DNA of 63,924 nt, filler included. It is 4 parts of 4 records of this genome, joined end to end, with 100 filler letters (N's around TTAATTAATTAA, not from the genome) between each part and the next. Parts side by side here need not be neighbours in the genome. Positions count along the whole stretch, not along the records: positions 16,230 to 45,365 come from SRR22947727_3375; 3 more parts are not named here. One strand, given 5' to 3'. Below, in pieces: positions 27,489-36,098 of the stretch. The notes beneath the pieces are model-generated. The model was not told the DNA's origin and made no database searches. It saw only the letters and a program-made list of their open reading frames with translations. Each line of letters begins with the position of its first letter. Position 1 is the stretch's first letter. A program made the position numbers and the translations under genes.

Positions 27489-28030
27489 AGCAGCGCTGCA
27501 CCACGAGCAACAGTCTGTGACAATGGGCCATCATTGGCTAGGTGGACCACCTCGAGACCTTCAGGCAAGGGTTTATTGGCTTCTTCAAGCCTCTTGGAAA
27601 TTTCTTCTGTTGTCTCTCGACCCCGTGCGACTAGACGCCGGGCCAGAGTCTCTGGCTCTGCGGTGATGTTGAGAACCAAAAATCGTGGAAAGATATTTGA
27701 CGCATGCGCGAGAGCTTTGCGCGAAAAGTTCACGAGGCAATCAGTTCCCTTGCCAAGCTGGTATTTCACGGTAATCGGGATGCCGTAATGTAGCCCGTGT
27801 GCACTCCAATGGATAGCAAATGCTCCGTCTTGAACGAGAGTCTCAAATTGCTCAACAGACACTGCGTCATACTCCTCGCCGACTAGTTCAGGCGCGCGGG
27901 TGATGACGCGGCGCACCAAATGCAGATAGGGCATCACATCGCAGAGGCCCGCCATGACACTGTCCTTGCCAACCCCCGAAGGACCAACGACTGCGATCAG
28001 TCGCCCTTTGGAGTTCAAGGCGAGTGTCAT
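27470..28030 (-). CDS. phnN: Ribose 1,5-bisphosphokinase
   Basis: VVGPSGVGKDS, RRVITR, WSAHGLHYGIP, RGRE. Confidence 0.95.
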   Translation of the reverse strand: MTLALNSKGRLIAVVGPSGVGKDSVMAGLCDVMPYLHLVRRVITRAPELVGEEYDAVSVEQFETLVQDGAFAIHWSAHGLHYGIPITVKYQLGKGTDCLVNFSRKALAHASNIFPRFLVLNITAEPETLARRLVARGRETTEEISKRLEEANKPLPEGLEVVHLANDGPLSQTVARGAALLHPASV

Positions 28031-28710
28031 GCAACCATTCCAGGTGTGAAGCGGCTAATATCAATTTCGCGATCACATACGCGACTTCGTGCGGCCTCAT
28101 CATGAAAAATGCCGATGATCGCCGCACCACGCGCCTTGGCGTCTTCAATTAGGGACAGCACGACATCTCGGTTGGCCGCATCAAGACTTGCGGTCGGTTC
28201 ATCCAGCAGTATCGCAGGGAAGTTATAGGTAAAGCCACGGGCGATATTGACGCGCTGTTGCTCGCCGCCCGAAAAAGTTGTTGGTGAAAGCGACCACAAC
28301 CGCTCTGGGATGTTCAATTGGTGCAAAAGAGCCGATGCGCGGCGCTGCGCATCCACCGCCGAAACGCCTAATAGGCGCAAAGGCTCTGCCACCACATCCA
28401 GGGTCGGGACCCTAGGTACGACGCGTAGGAATTGGCTGACATAGCCAAGCACATCGCGGCGCAATGTGATTATTTCACGGGGTTCGGCTTGCACAAGGTC
28501 CAGATCGTCAATAAGAATTTGACCAGATTGGGTCAAGTAGTTGCCGTATATCATCCGCATAAGCGTTGATTTACCGGCACCAGATGCCCCTGTAAGCGCG
28601 ACACATTCGCCAGCGGCCACGGCAAAGGAAACATCATTGATGACCTCAATTACCGCACTGCCTTGATTATGCAGCGTAAAGGCTTTGGAAACGTGTTTAA
28701 GTTCAATCAT
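28027..28710 (-). CDS. phnL: C-P lyase ATPase PhnL
   Basis: KAFTLHNQG, GYVSQFLRVVPRV, TFSGGEQQRVNIARG. Confidence 0.96.
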   Translation of the reverse strand: MIELKHVSKAFTLHNQGSAVIEVINDVSFAVAAGECVALTGASGAGKSTLMRMIYGNYLTQSGQILIDDLDLVQAEPREIITLRRDVLGYVSQFLRVVPRVPTLDVVAEPLRLLGVSAVDAQRRASALLHQLNIPERLWSLSPTTFSGGEQQRVNIARGFTYNFPAILLDEPTASLDAANRDVVLSLIEDAKARGAAIIGIFHDEAARSRVCDREIDISRFTPGMVA

Positions 28711-28713
28711 GAC

Positions 28714-29484
28714 TCACACCTGTAAAACGGAGCTGACAAGAAGCTGGCTGTAGGCGTGCTGGGGATCATCCAGCACTTGATCTGTGAGACCGGCCTCAAC
28801 CACATGACCGTCTTTCATAACCATCAGTCGATCCGCCAACAGCCGCACCACAGCCAAATCATGGGTCACGATGATGGCCGATAAGCCCATATCGCGCACT
28901 AATCCGCGCAACAGATCTAGCAGGCGCGCCTGAACCGATACATCCAGTCCGCCGGTCGGCTCGTCCATGAACACAAGCCTTGGGCCCGTCACAAGGTTAC
29001 GCGCGATTTGCAAACGCTGCTGCATCCCACCTGAAAAGGTTGTGGGGCGGTCATCTATCCGAGAGGCGTCAATCTCGACCCGGCCCAGCCAGTCGCTGGC
29101 CTTATCGCGAATATCGCCATAATGCCGCTCATCCAGGGCCATTAGCCGCTCTCCTACGTTGCCGCCCGCGCTGACACCCATGCGCAGCCCATCGCGAGCA
29201 TGCTGGTGAACAAAGGCCCAATCGGTACGGCCGAGCATTCTACGTTCGGGTTCGGACATGGAGATCGTCTCGCGGGGACCATCACAGCGGGTGTCAAATA
29301 CGACTTGGCCCGCATCGGGCGCCAAATTACCTGCCATGCAGTTAAGCAGCGTAGATTTACCCGATCCACTTTCGCCCACAATCCCCATCACTTCGCCGGG
29401 ATACAAGTCAAACGACACATCCGTACAGCCAATATGGGCGCCGTATCGTTTCGTTATCCCCTGAACGCAAAGCAAAGGTGTCAT
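28714..29484 (-). CDS. phnK: C-P lyase ATPase PhnK
   Basis: GESGSGKS, VSAGGNVGERLM, FSGGMQQRLQIARNL, DEPTGGLDVSVQARLLD. Confidence 0.96.
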   Translation of the reverse strand: MTPLLCVQGITKRYGAHIGCTDVSFDLYPGEVMGIVGESGSGKSTLLNCMAGNLAPDAGQVVFDTRCDGPRETISMSEPERRMLGRTDWAFVHQHARDGLRMGVSAGGNVGERLMALDERHYGDIRDKASDWLGRVEIDASRIDDRPTTFSGGMQQRLQIARNLVTGPRLVFMDEPTGGLDVSVQARLLDLLRGLVRDMGLSAIIVTHDLAVVRLLADRLMVMKDGHVVEAGLTDQVLDDPQHAYSQLLVSSVLQV

Positions 29485-30341
29485 GCCGCGTCCTTTCCTT
29501 TATGACCAGCCGCTTGACGGGTCTCACAATAGTCCGTATCCGAGCAGATAAACATCCGCCGGCCCGCATCATCGACAATCAGCTCATCAAGATAACTATC
29601 TGTACTGCCACACATTCCGCAGGGATGATTGGCTTTAGAGGCTTCGAATGGGTGATCTTCAAAATCGAGGCTGATGACATTTGTATAGGGTGGCAGCGCG
29701 TAGATGCGTTGCTCACGGCCTGCGCCAAAAAGCTGGATTGCCGCCATATCGCCCAGTTTGGGGTTGTCGAATTTCGGGATCGGCGATGGGTCCATGACAT
29801 AGCGTCCCTCTACCTTGACCGGATAGGCATAGGACGTAGCGATATGGCCATGGCGGCTGATGTCTTCGTAAAGCTTCACATGCATTAGCCCATATTCTTC
29901 GAGGCTGTGCATCTTTCGAGTCTCGCTTTCGCGCGGTTCCAGAAAACGCAGAGGTTCGGGAATAGGCACCTGATAGACAAGGATCTGGCCTTCGCCCAAG
30001 CTCTCTTCGGGGATGCGGTGGCGGGTCTGGATCACCGTCGCATCCTGTGTTGCCGTCGTGGTCGCAACCCCCGCTGTGCGCTGAAAAAAAGTGCGGATTG
30101 ACACGGCGTTCGTAGTATCATCAGCGCCTTGGTCGATCACCTTGAACGTGTCTTCAGGTGTCAATACTGCTGCTGAAACTTGCACACCTCCCGTGCCCCA
30201 GCCATAGGGCATTGGCATTTCGCGAGAGGCGAAGGGCACCTGATAGCCCGGAATAGCGAGCCCCTTAAGGATCGCACGCCGGATCATCCGTTTGGTTTGT
30301 TCATCGAGATAAGCGAAGTTGTAATTGTCTTGGTGTGTCAC
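29481..30341 (-). CDS. phnJ: C-P lyase radical SAM subunit
   Basis: YNFAYLDEQTKRMIRRAILK, IPGYQVPF, CGMC...CSDTDYC; GTG start. Confidence 0.97.
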   Translation of the reverse strand: MTHQDNYNFAYLDEQTKRMIRRAILKGLAIPGYQVPFASREMPMPYGWGTGGVQVSAAVLTPEDTFKVIDQGADDTTNAVSIRTFFQRTAGVATTTATQDATVIQTRHRIPEESLGEGQILVYQVPIPEPLRFLEPRESETRKMHSLEEYGLMHVKLYEDISRHGHIATSYAYPVKVEGRYVMDPSPIPKFDNPKLGDMAAIQLFGAGREQRIYALPPYTNVISLDFEDHPFEASKANHPCGMCGSTDSYLDELIVDDAGRRMFICSDTDYCETRQAAGHKGKDAA

Positions 30342-30403
30342 AGTACTATCTCAAAATAGGTGTAAGCCCCAAAAGAACCAATTTCTATAATATGGGGAAC
30401 GAA

Positions 30404-30574
30404 ATGTTGAGTTTTGGATTTGGTGTTTTGATTGCACTTGTAGGCTTGGCCGTATTTGAACGGCTCGTGGCTTGGGTGCTGCCCTACCTCGTGCCGGTTT
30501 TGCCCAATGACTACTGCGGGCCAGATGGTTGGTTTATGGACACAAAGGCCCAGTCCGGTGTGTTTGATCGCTGA
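30404..30574 (+). CDS. Small membrane protein, antisense within the phn operon
   Basis: MLSFGFGVLIALVGLAVFERLVAWVLPYLVPVLPNDYCGPDGWF...; GGGGAA upstream of the ATG; hydrophobic N-terminus. Confidence 0.55.
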   Translation: MLSFGFGVLIALVGLAVFERLVAWVLPYLVPVLPNDYCGPDGWFMDTKAQSGVFDR

Positions 30575-30615
30575 CCGTCCTGACCAAAACGGATCTGATT
30601 TCAAAGGGTAAGGCG

Positions 30616-31107
30616 TCATAGCAGCGCTCTTTCATTCAAACCTGCCCGAAGGTCTGCGGCGTTGGTAAAGTGGATGGCATCCACGCCAGCGGCTCGCGCT
30701 CCAAGGCAATTGTGAAGCCCGTCATCGATATAGACGCATTGATCAGAGGGCACTTTCGCGTGGGTGCAAAGTGTTTTGCCGATTTTCGTACTGGGTTTCA
30801 AAACGCAAAGCTCGTCGGGCATGACGGTTGTACCAAAGACCTCACCTAATTTAGGCTGCACCTTTAGGCCCTCAGGCCATTTTTCAGCGGACCAATCGGT
30901 GATGGCATGCAGCGTGACGTCTTTGTCTTTGAGCGCATAAAGCGGGTCCCAAGTTGCAGACAATTTATCTGGGACAGTGCGGGTGTAGCGGTGAATATAT
31001 TGCGCCACCCGCGTGCCGTTTTCGCCTAGGTCATCAGCCCAAGCCAGATGAGGCTGCCAGTCCACAAGGACACCGCCAATTTCGAAGACCACCGTATCGG
31101 CAGTCAT
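30616..31107 (-). pseudogene. HAD-family phosphatase, probably degenerate
   Basis: Motif I reads FEIGGV (D to E), motif II AITDW, KP, YIDD; only 163 aa, with the cap region apparently deleted. Confidence 0.65.
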
Positions 31108-32192
31108 TCCGCTGCCTTCTGAACCTGATCGCCCAGGGCTTCTCGGCGCAGCTTGCGCACCAGCTCTAGCTCAGATTGGAAATCGACGTAATGTGGTAGC
31201 TTGATATGCTCAAGAAAGCCCGTCGCTTGGATATTATCAGCGTGGTACAGCACGAATTCCGCGTCCTGTGCTGGAGCCCCGACGTTGTCCTCGCCCAGTT
31301 CTTCCCAGCGTAACGCGCGATCGACCAGTGCCATTGAAATTGCTTTGCGTTCGGTCTGACCAAAGACCAGTCCATAACCGCGCGTAAATTGCGGCGGCTC
31401 TGTTTTTGAGCCAGTGAACTGGTTAACCGTTTCGCATTCGGTCAGGGTGACTTCGCCGATCTCGACCGCGAAGCCCAGTTCGGGGATGTCCATCTCAATC
31501 GGAACGGACCCAATACGCAGCTCGCCAACGAAGGCGTGGTTGCGCCCGTAGCCACGCTGTGTTGAATAAGCAAGGCCAAGTGTAAAGCCTTCGTCCGCGC
31601 GGGTCAGGGCCTGTAGTCGTAAGGCGCGCTTGGCGGGCATTTCCAAGGGTTCGCGGGTCAAGTCGGGGGGCGGTGTGTTATCCTGAGGGGCCTGTTCGAT
31701 CAGCTCTTCAAGGTTCAGAAATTCGGCAACATGAGGCACATCGCCTTTGACCGCGTCGCGGCTCGGAGCTTCAGCCACTTCACCGTCTGCGGCCAGCTTG
31801 AAATCCAGCAAACGGTGGGTGTAGTCAAAGGTTGGTCCAAGGACTTGTCCTCCTGGCAAGTCTTTGAAGGTCGCTGAAATGCGTCGATCGCAGGCCATTG
31901 CACCCGTGTCCACCGGCTGGGATGCGCCAAAGCGGGGCAAGGTGGTGCGGTAAGCACGTATCAGAAAGATTGCCTCGATAAGATCACCACGCGCCTGCTT
32001 GATCGCAAGTGCTGCAAGGTCAGGATCATAAAGCGAGCCCTCGGCCATAACGCGGTTTACTGCAAGGCTCAGCTGCTCGCGGATTTGTGCGATGCTGAGT
32101 TCTGCGACACCCTTGTCCCCCCGGCGTTCTTCGGCAAGCCAGGCATGGGCATTCTCGATGGCGCGCTCCCCACCTTTGACAGCTACGTACAT
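31104..32192 (-). CDS. phnI: C-P lyase subunit PhnI
   Basis: MYVAVKGGERAI, RRISATFKD.PGGQ.LGPTFDYTHRL, HIKLPHYVDFQSEL. Confidence 0.97.
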   Translation of the reverse strand: MYVAVKGGERAIENAHAWLAEERRGDKGVAELSIAQIREQLSLAVNRVMAEGSLYDPDLAALAIKQARGDLIEAIFLIRAYRTTLPRFGASQPVDTGAMACDRRISATFKDLPGGQVLGPTFDYTHRLLDFKLAADGEVAEAPSRDAVKGDVPHVAEFLNLEELIEQAPQDNTPPPDLTREPLEMPAKRALRLQALTRADEGFTLGLAYSTQRGYGRNHAFVGELRIGSVPIEMDIPELGFAVEIGEVTLTECETVNQFTGSKTEPPQFTRGYGLVFGQTERKAISMALVDRALRWEELGEDNVGAPAQDAEFVLYHADNIQATGFLEHIKLPHYVDFQSELELVRKLRREALGDQVQKAAE

Positions 32193-32193
32193 G

Positions 32194-32757
32194 TTACGAG
32201 ACCTCCGTGGTACGGGGTAGCGCCGCGATTTGGTGGGCGGTTGTGAATATGAAATCCAACCCCAGCGGGAATAGCATCCTATTGGCTTGAAATGCGGCAC
32301 GTTTCGGTAAGGAAAGCATCGCTTGATCCTTGATCCCGGGGCCAGACAGCTTAGCGCCCAATGAGGTAAGTTGGGGCGTTTCTACAATCAGAGTGGCAGA
32401 ACGGTCCGGATATTCCGACGTCCCAATAGGGTAGGCCGACAGCGGCTCAAGCGCATCCCATGAGCCTACCGCAAACATACAGTTCGCCGGACCAACAAAG
32501 GGAGAACCGATATGGAATGATAGCCACTCACGAACATCAGCGCAATCTATCGCGCCTGCCAGATAAATTGGCGTTTCAGTGTCACAAAGGGTCAGTAGGA
32601 CAGTTCCCGCCGCAGACGACAATGAAGCCGGCGGCTCCGCACCTTCGATGTCTTGAATGGTCCCAGGACGGGCCATCGCCTCCATCACAGATCGAAAGGC
32701 ATGTGCTGACTGGGTTGCAGGATTAGTGAAGCCGCCAGAGAGGGTGTTTGCCTGCAT
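32194..32757 (-). CDS. phnH: C-P lyase subunit PhnH
   Basis: FRSVMEAMARPG, LLTLCD.ETP, GT.EYPDRSAT, FPLGLD, LPRTT. Confidence 0.96.
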   Translation of the reverse strand: MQANTLSGGFTNPATQSAHAFRSVMEAMARPGTIQDIEGAEPPASLSSAAGTVLLTLCDTETPIYLAGAIDCADVREWLSFHIGSPFVGPANCMFAVGSWDALEPLSAYPIGTSEYPDRSATLIVETPQLTSLGAKLSGPGIKDQAMLSLPKRAAFQANRMLFPLGLDFIFTTAHQIAALPRTTEVS

Positions 32758-33212
32758 CAGTCTTTTCCTCGCGTCATGGTGAAGAAGTCTACCTTTGTTG
32801 CGGCCGCTTTGGCCGCGCGGGCTGCTTTGGCCGCGTTCATTTCGGCTTCCAGCGGGTTAAGGACCGCTTGGCGTAAGCGCGCTGCTTTTTCGGTTTGCAT
32901 GAGTGCGTCGACGAGGGCTGCGGTTTCAGCATCCGCTTTTCGGCGTCCCTGAATGTAGGCGTGACCTGTTTCGCCGGTTTCCAAAGTCAGGGCGCAGCGG
33001 GTGATGGTCATCTCACCAAGATTAAATGGGGCGCCGATCGCCCCGGCACGCCCGCGCACCATCGTGCTGCCAATCTCAGGGGCACGCAGCCACGTGAAAT
33101 CGGGGCGCTCCATTTCACCCTCCAACAACGCAGCAACACGGCCTTCGGGAGCTTTCGCCAGCAAGCCCATCCACGCTTTGCGAGAGTTATTTTCGTGTCC
33201 TGTGTCTTTCAT
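32757..33212 (-). CDS. phnG: C-P lyase subunit PhnG
   Basis: RKAWMGLLA, RAPEIG..MVRGR.G..GAPFNLGE.T.TR, TKVDFFTM.RG. Confidence 0.96.
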   Translation of the reverse strand: MKDTGHENNSRKAWMGLLAKAPEGRVAALLEGEMERPDFTWLRAPEIGSTMVRGRAGAIGAPFNLGEMTITRCALTLETGETGHAYIQGRRKADAETAALVDALMQTEKAARLRQAVLNPLEAEMNAAKAARAAKAAATKVDFFTMTRGKD

Positions 33213-33286
33213 CTCGACAACTTGGCTCTCCTCTCCACAACTGTACATATCGTATCACCCATCATTGTCCATGATAGAAGAGTTTT

Positions 33287-33304
33287 GTAAATTTTGTGCG
33301 ACAG
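33287..33304 (-). promoter_or_regulatory. Pho-box-like site upstream of phnG
   Basis: CTGTCGC-ACAA-AATTTAC. Confidence 0.45.
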
Positions 33305-34008
33305 CCCCGAAGAGACTCTGAGATGGAAAGCCATTGCAAATGCACTGCGCAGCGAATTGGCGGAAGGGCGCAATAGCCCCGGTGACAAGTTACCGACCGA
33401 GGCGGCGCTATCGGCGCATTTCGGCGTAAACCGCCATACAGTTCGTCACGGGTTCTCTGTTTTGATTGATGAAGGGCTGGTTCGCACACGGCGCGGTGCG
33501 CGCGCCTATGTGGCTGCGACACCGAACGATTATCCGATTGGGCAACGTATCCGGTTTCATGAAAATCTGATCACTGCGGGACGCCAACCGTAAAAAACGC
33601 AATCTGACACTGGATACCCGCGCGGCAACCGCAGAAGAGGCGCAAGCGTTGCACCTATAAACAAGCGATACGGTCTGCGCTTATCACGGGCTGTCCTTGG
33701 CGGATGGTCAGCCGATCGCGGCTTTGGAAAGCCTGTTTCCGATCACAAAGCTTTCTGGAAGTGCTGCAGCATTATCCGAGACAAGCAGCGTCACCGAAGC
33801 GCTGAGCATGGAAGGTATTTATGACTATACGCGTGTCTCAACCCGAGTCACGGCGGTCCGCGCACCCGCGACCTATGCGCTGCTCTTGCAGGTCAGCGAA
33901 AGTGATCCGTTGTTGCGAACGTCCAGAGTGAATGCGTCTGAGGCTGGTGAGCCTGTCGAATACGGTCGCATATGGTTTGCGGGGGATCGGGTTACACTGA
34001 CCCTTTGA
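33294..34008 (+). pseudogene. phnF: GntR/HutC-family phosphonate regulator, disrupted
   Basis: HTH LPTEAALSAHFGVNRHTVR; TAA at 33591-33593, +1 frameshift in the A-run, second TAA at 33658-33660; the UTRA domain continues to WFAGDRVTL. Confidence 0.9.
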
Positions 34009-34030
34009 CACCTTTTTTGCGCGCGTAGGC

Positions 34031-34894
34031 CTAGGCCTGACTTGCACGCCATTTTGGCAAAAGTGGCACAGTATTGTCCTGTTCACGCCCGTTTCCGGCA
34101 AGTGCAAGCGCGGCGTAATACAGCATGGTGATCGCTTCCTCATGCTTGATGGGCAGGTTTTTTGCCGCAATCGGAGTGCCGATATCGACTCGATACCTCT
34201 GGCGCTCCTTGTTGAGCGTTTCATGAAACAAGGTAATGTCGCGCAGGCTTGGATGGATCAAATCAAAGAGGTAGAACAATACCGAGTTGCGCGCTTCTAT
34301 CCGCACAGGAATAATCGGCAAATCGAATTTTCGCGCCAAGGTCACAGGCGACGCCATCCATGGGCGTTCATGAAGCCGGAAACCGCGCCGTTTGGCTAAT
34401 CGCCCTGACGGAAAGATAACGCCAAGACGCCCCGACTCGACCGCCTGTTTTGTGTAAATCATCGTTGCGCGTGTCTTAGTTTGGGTGCGCCGGTCGACCC
34501 GCCATTCGACGGGGGCAATCATATCTTCCATCTGTGGAAGGAGGCGCAAAATATCGCTATTAGCGAAGAAATATGTATCGGGCCGCTTCGTCGCAAGCAG
34601 TCGGTGCAGGATGATCCCGTCCGCGATCCCGGTTGGATGGTTAGCCACAATCAGCCCCGGACCGGATGCGGGGATATTCTCAAGCCCTGAGCAGGTCACA
34701 CGCTGGGTCAAAAGCCGGCCGAGATGGTCCATGATTTTGTTGCTGGGCCAGTCATGCATCTGATTTGTGAGTTCAAGGGCCTTTTCATAGCTCAACAGGC
34801 GATCAAGGCAGGTGCGGGCCACGCGCGCAAAAGGCCGGTTGACGGACAGCCATTTTGCGCGTTCTTCAATCAATGGATCAATTCGATCTTTCAT
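34031..34894 (-). CDS. Lysophospholipid acyltransferase family protein, type A (copy 1)
   Basis: GLENIP, ANHPTGIADG, IFPSGRLA; paralog of 41735-42604. Confidence 0.88.
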   Translation of the reverse strand: MKDRIDPLIEERAKWLSVNRPFARVARTCLDRLLSYEKALELTNQMHDWPSNKIMDHLGRLLTQRVTCSGLENIPASGPGLIVANHPTGIADGIILHRLLATKRPDTYFFANSDILRLLPQMEDMIAPVEWRVDRRTQTKTRATMIYTKQAVESGRLGVIFPSGRLAKRRGFRLHERPWMASPVTLARKFDLPIIPVRIEARNSVLFYLFDLIHPSLRDITLFHETLNKERQRYRVDIGTPIAAKNLPIKHEEAITMLYYAALALAGNGREQDNTVPLLPKWRASQA

Positions 34895-34916
34895 ATCGGT
34901 TTATTTCCATAGAATT

Positions 34917-34934
34917 GAAACAGCTCTATGACAG
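34917..34934 (-). promoter_or_regulatory. Pho-box-like site upstream of the acyltransferase
   Basis: CTGTCAT-AGAG-CTGTTTC, 22 nt before the ATG. Confidence 0.6.
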
Positions 34935-35075
34935 TTAAGACTTTTCCGCCGTTCCTGAGTTATCGTGCGGGTTTGGTTGAAATCAGGGAGCCCCCGCCCA
35001 AAAAGGCGAGGGCCGAGAGGGCTTTGTCAGGCTGACGGGAGGGGGAGGATCAATGCGTTACGCGAAGGTAAGGGC

Positions 35076-35675
35076 CTATTCAAGCCCCATGCAGCTTGTG
35101 TAATAGGTCACTGTTGCGGACCAATCAGAGAAGATGCCCACGACGCCAACATCCCGCGCCAATGCGTCGATATATTCATACATCACTCCATCACTATTGG
35201 TGATGTCTGCAATGGACTAACAGTACCAGACGCCACCGGACATGAGAGGGCCAGGCCGCTCGATTGTCAATGTGATGATCTCCAGCCCGCCTGCTTTGGC
35301 TTGCACAGCCAACTCTGACGGTACGATTTCTCCGTCTGAGGATGTTGTGACCAGCATCCATGTTCGCGGTGCGATGTAGTTCACACCCATCGATTTCAGC
35401 TCTTCCATGGTGTTGGGTGACGTGCCCGCAACCATGGGGGAATAGCCCTCGCTGTTTTACTCATCCATCAAATAAACCGCCTGCGCACCGAGTTCCGGTT
35501 CCGCTTCGATCCAATAGAGCACATCTTCGAGGTTAAGAGATTGAAGCCAAACACCGTCCGGCATCTGATCAATGAGGTAGTAGGGGCGTGGACCATATTC
35601 CATGTTTTCAATCATTTGTGCTGTGACTGGCAAAGCTCCGTAGCACGTCAAAATGAAAGCAGCAGTGTTTCGCAT
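35076..35675 (-). pseudogene. Secreted glycerophosphodiester phosphodiesterase (GlpQ-like), internally deleted
   Basis: Signal-like N-terminus and GPRPYYLIDQM fused directly to VWLQSLNLEDVLYWI; in-frame stops at 35457 and 35217; C-terminal GVVGIFSDWSATVTYYTSCMGL. Confidence 0.85.
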
Positions 35676-35718
35676 TTTATTTTTTACAATTGTATTGTTG
35701 GAAGGATCGAATGCGAAC

Positions 35719-35736
35719 ATGACAGAGAGGTGATAG
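35719..35736 (-). promoter_or_regulatory. Pho box upstream of the GDPD pseudogene
   Basis: CTATCAC-CTCT-CTGTCAT, near consensus. Confidence 0.75.
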
Positions 35737-35779
35737 TTATACGAAGAAACCACTATTTTGTACGAAGCGGGGCTTGCGC

Positions 35780-36030
35780 TCAACTTCTATACTGTTCTTC
35801 AAACTTGAAGCCGTATTCAGAGGACAGGACACAATCAGGGGACAGCGCATATGTCTGGTTACGCAGGAAATCCATCATGCTTTTTCCGACGCTCGAAAAA
35901 GCCGACAGAGTGTCTGGTGAAATCGGGTCTCCGATGGTGATCTTGACCGGCTTTTTCTGTGCGCCTGCGGAATTCATTCAGCAAAAGCGCGACTCGCAGA
36001 TTATAATGGATATGGCTGCTACTGATGAAT
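35780..36030 (-). pseudogene. 3' remnant of a type B acyltransferase, paralog of 40840-41718
   Basis: SHIHYNLRVALLLNEFRRR, frameshift, PVKITIGDP...MMDFLRNQTYALS...EYGFKFEEQY vs SHLHYTLRMGLMIKEFRSR...LMDYLRQKTYELS...EYGYEFEDKY. Confidence 0.85.
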
Positions 36031-36098
36031 TTTTGACCCTGCCAGCCCATTTACAATTTGAATATGTACTTCTTATTTTTTATCCATAGACAGCAAAC

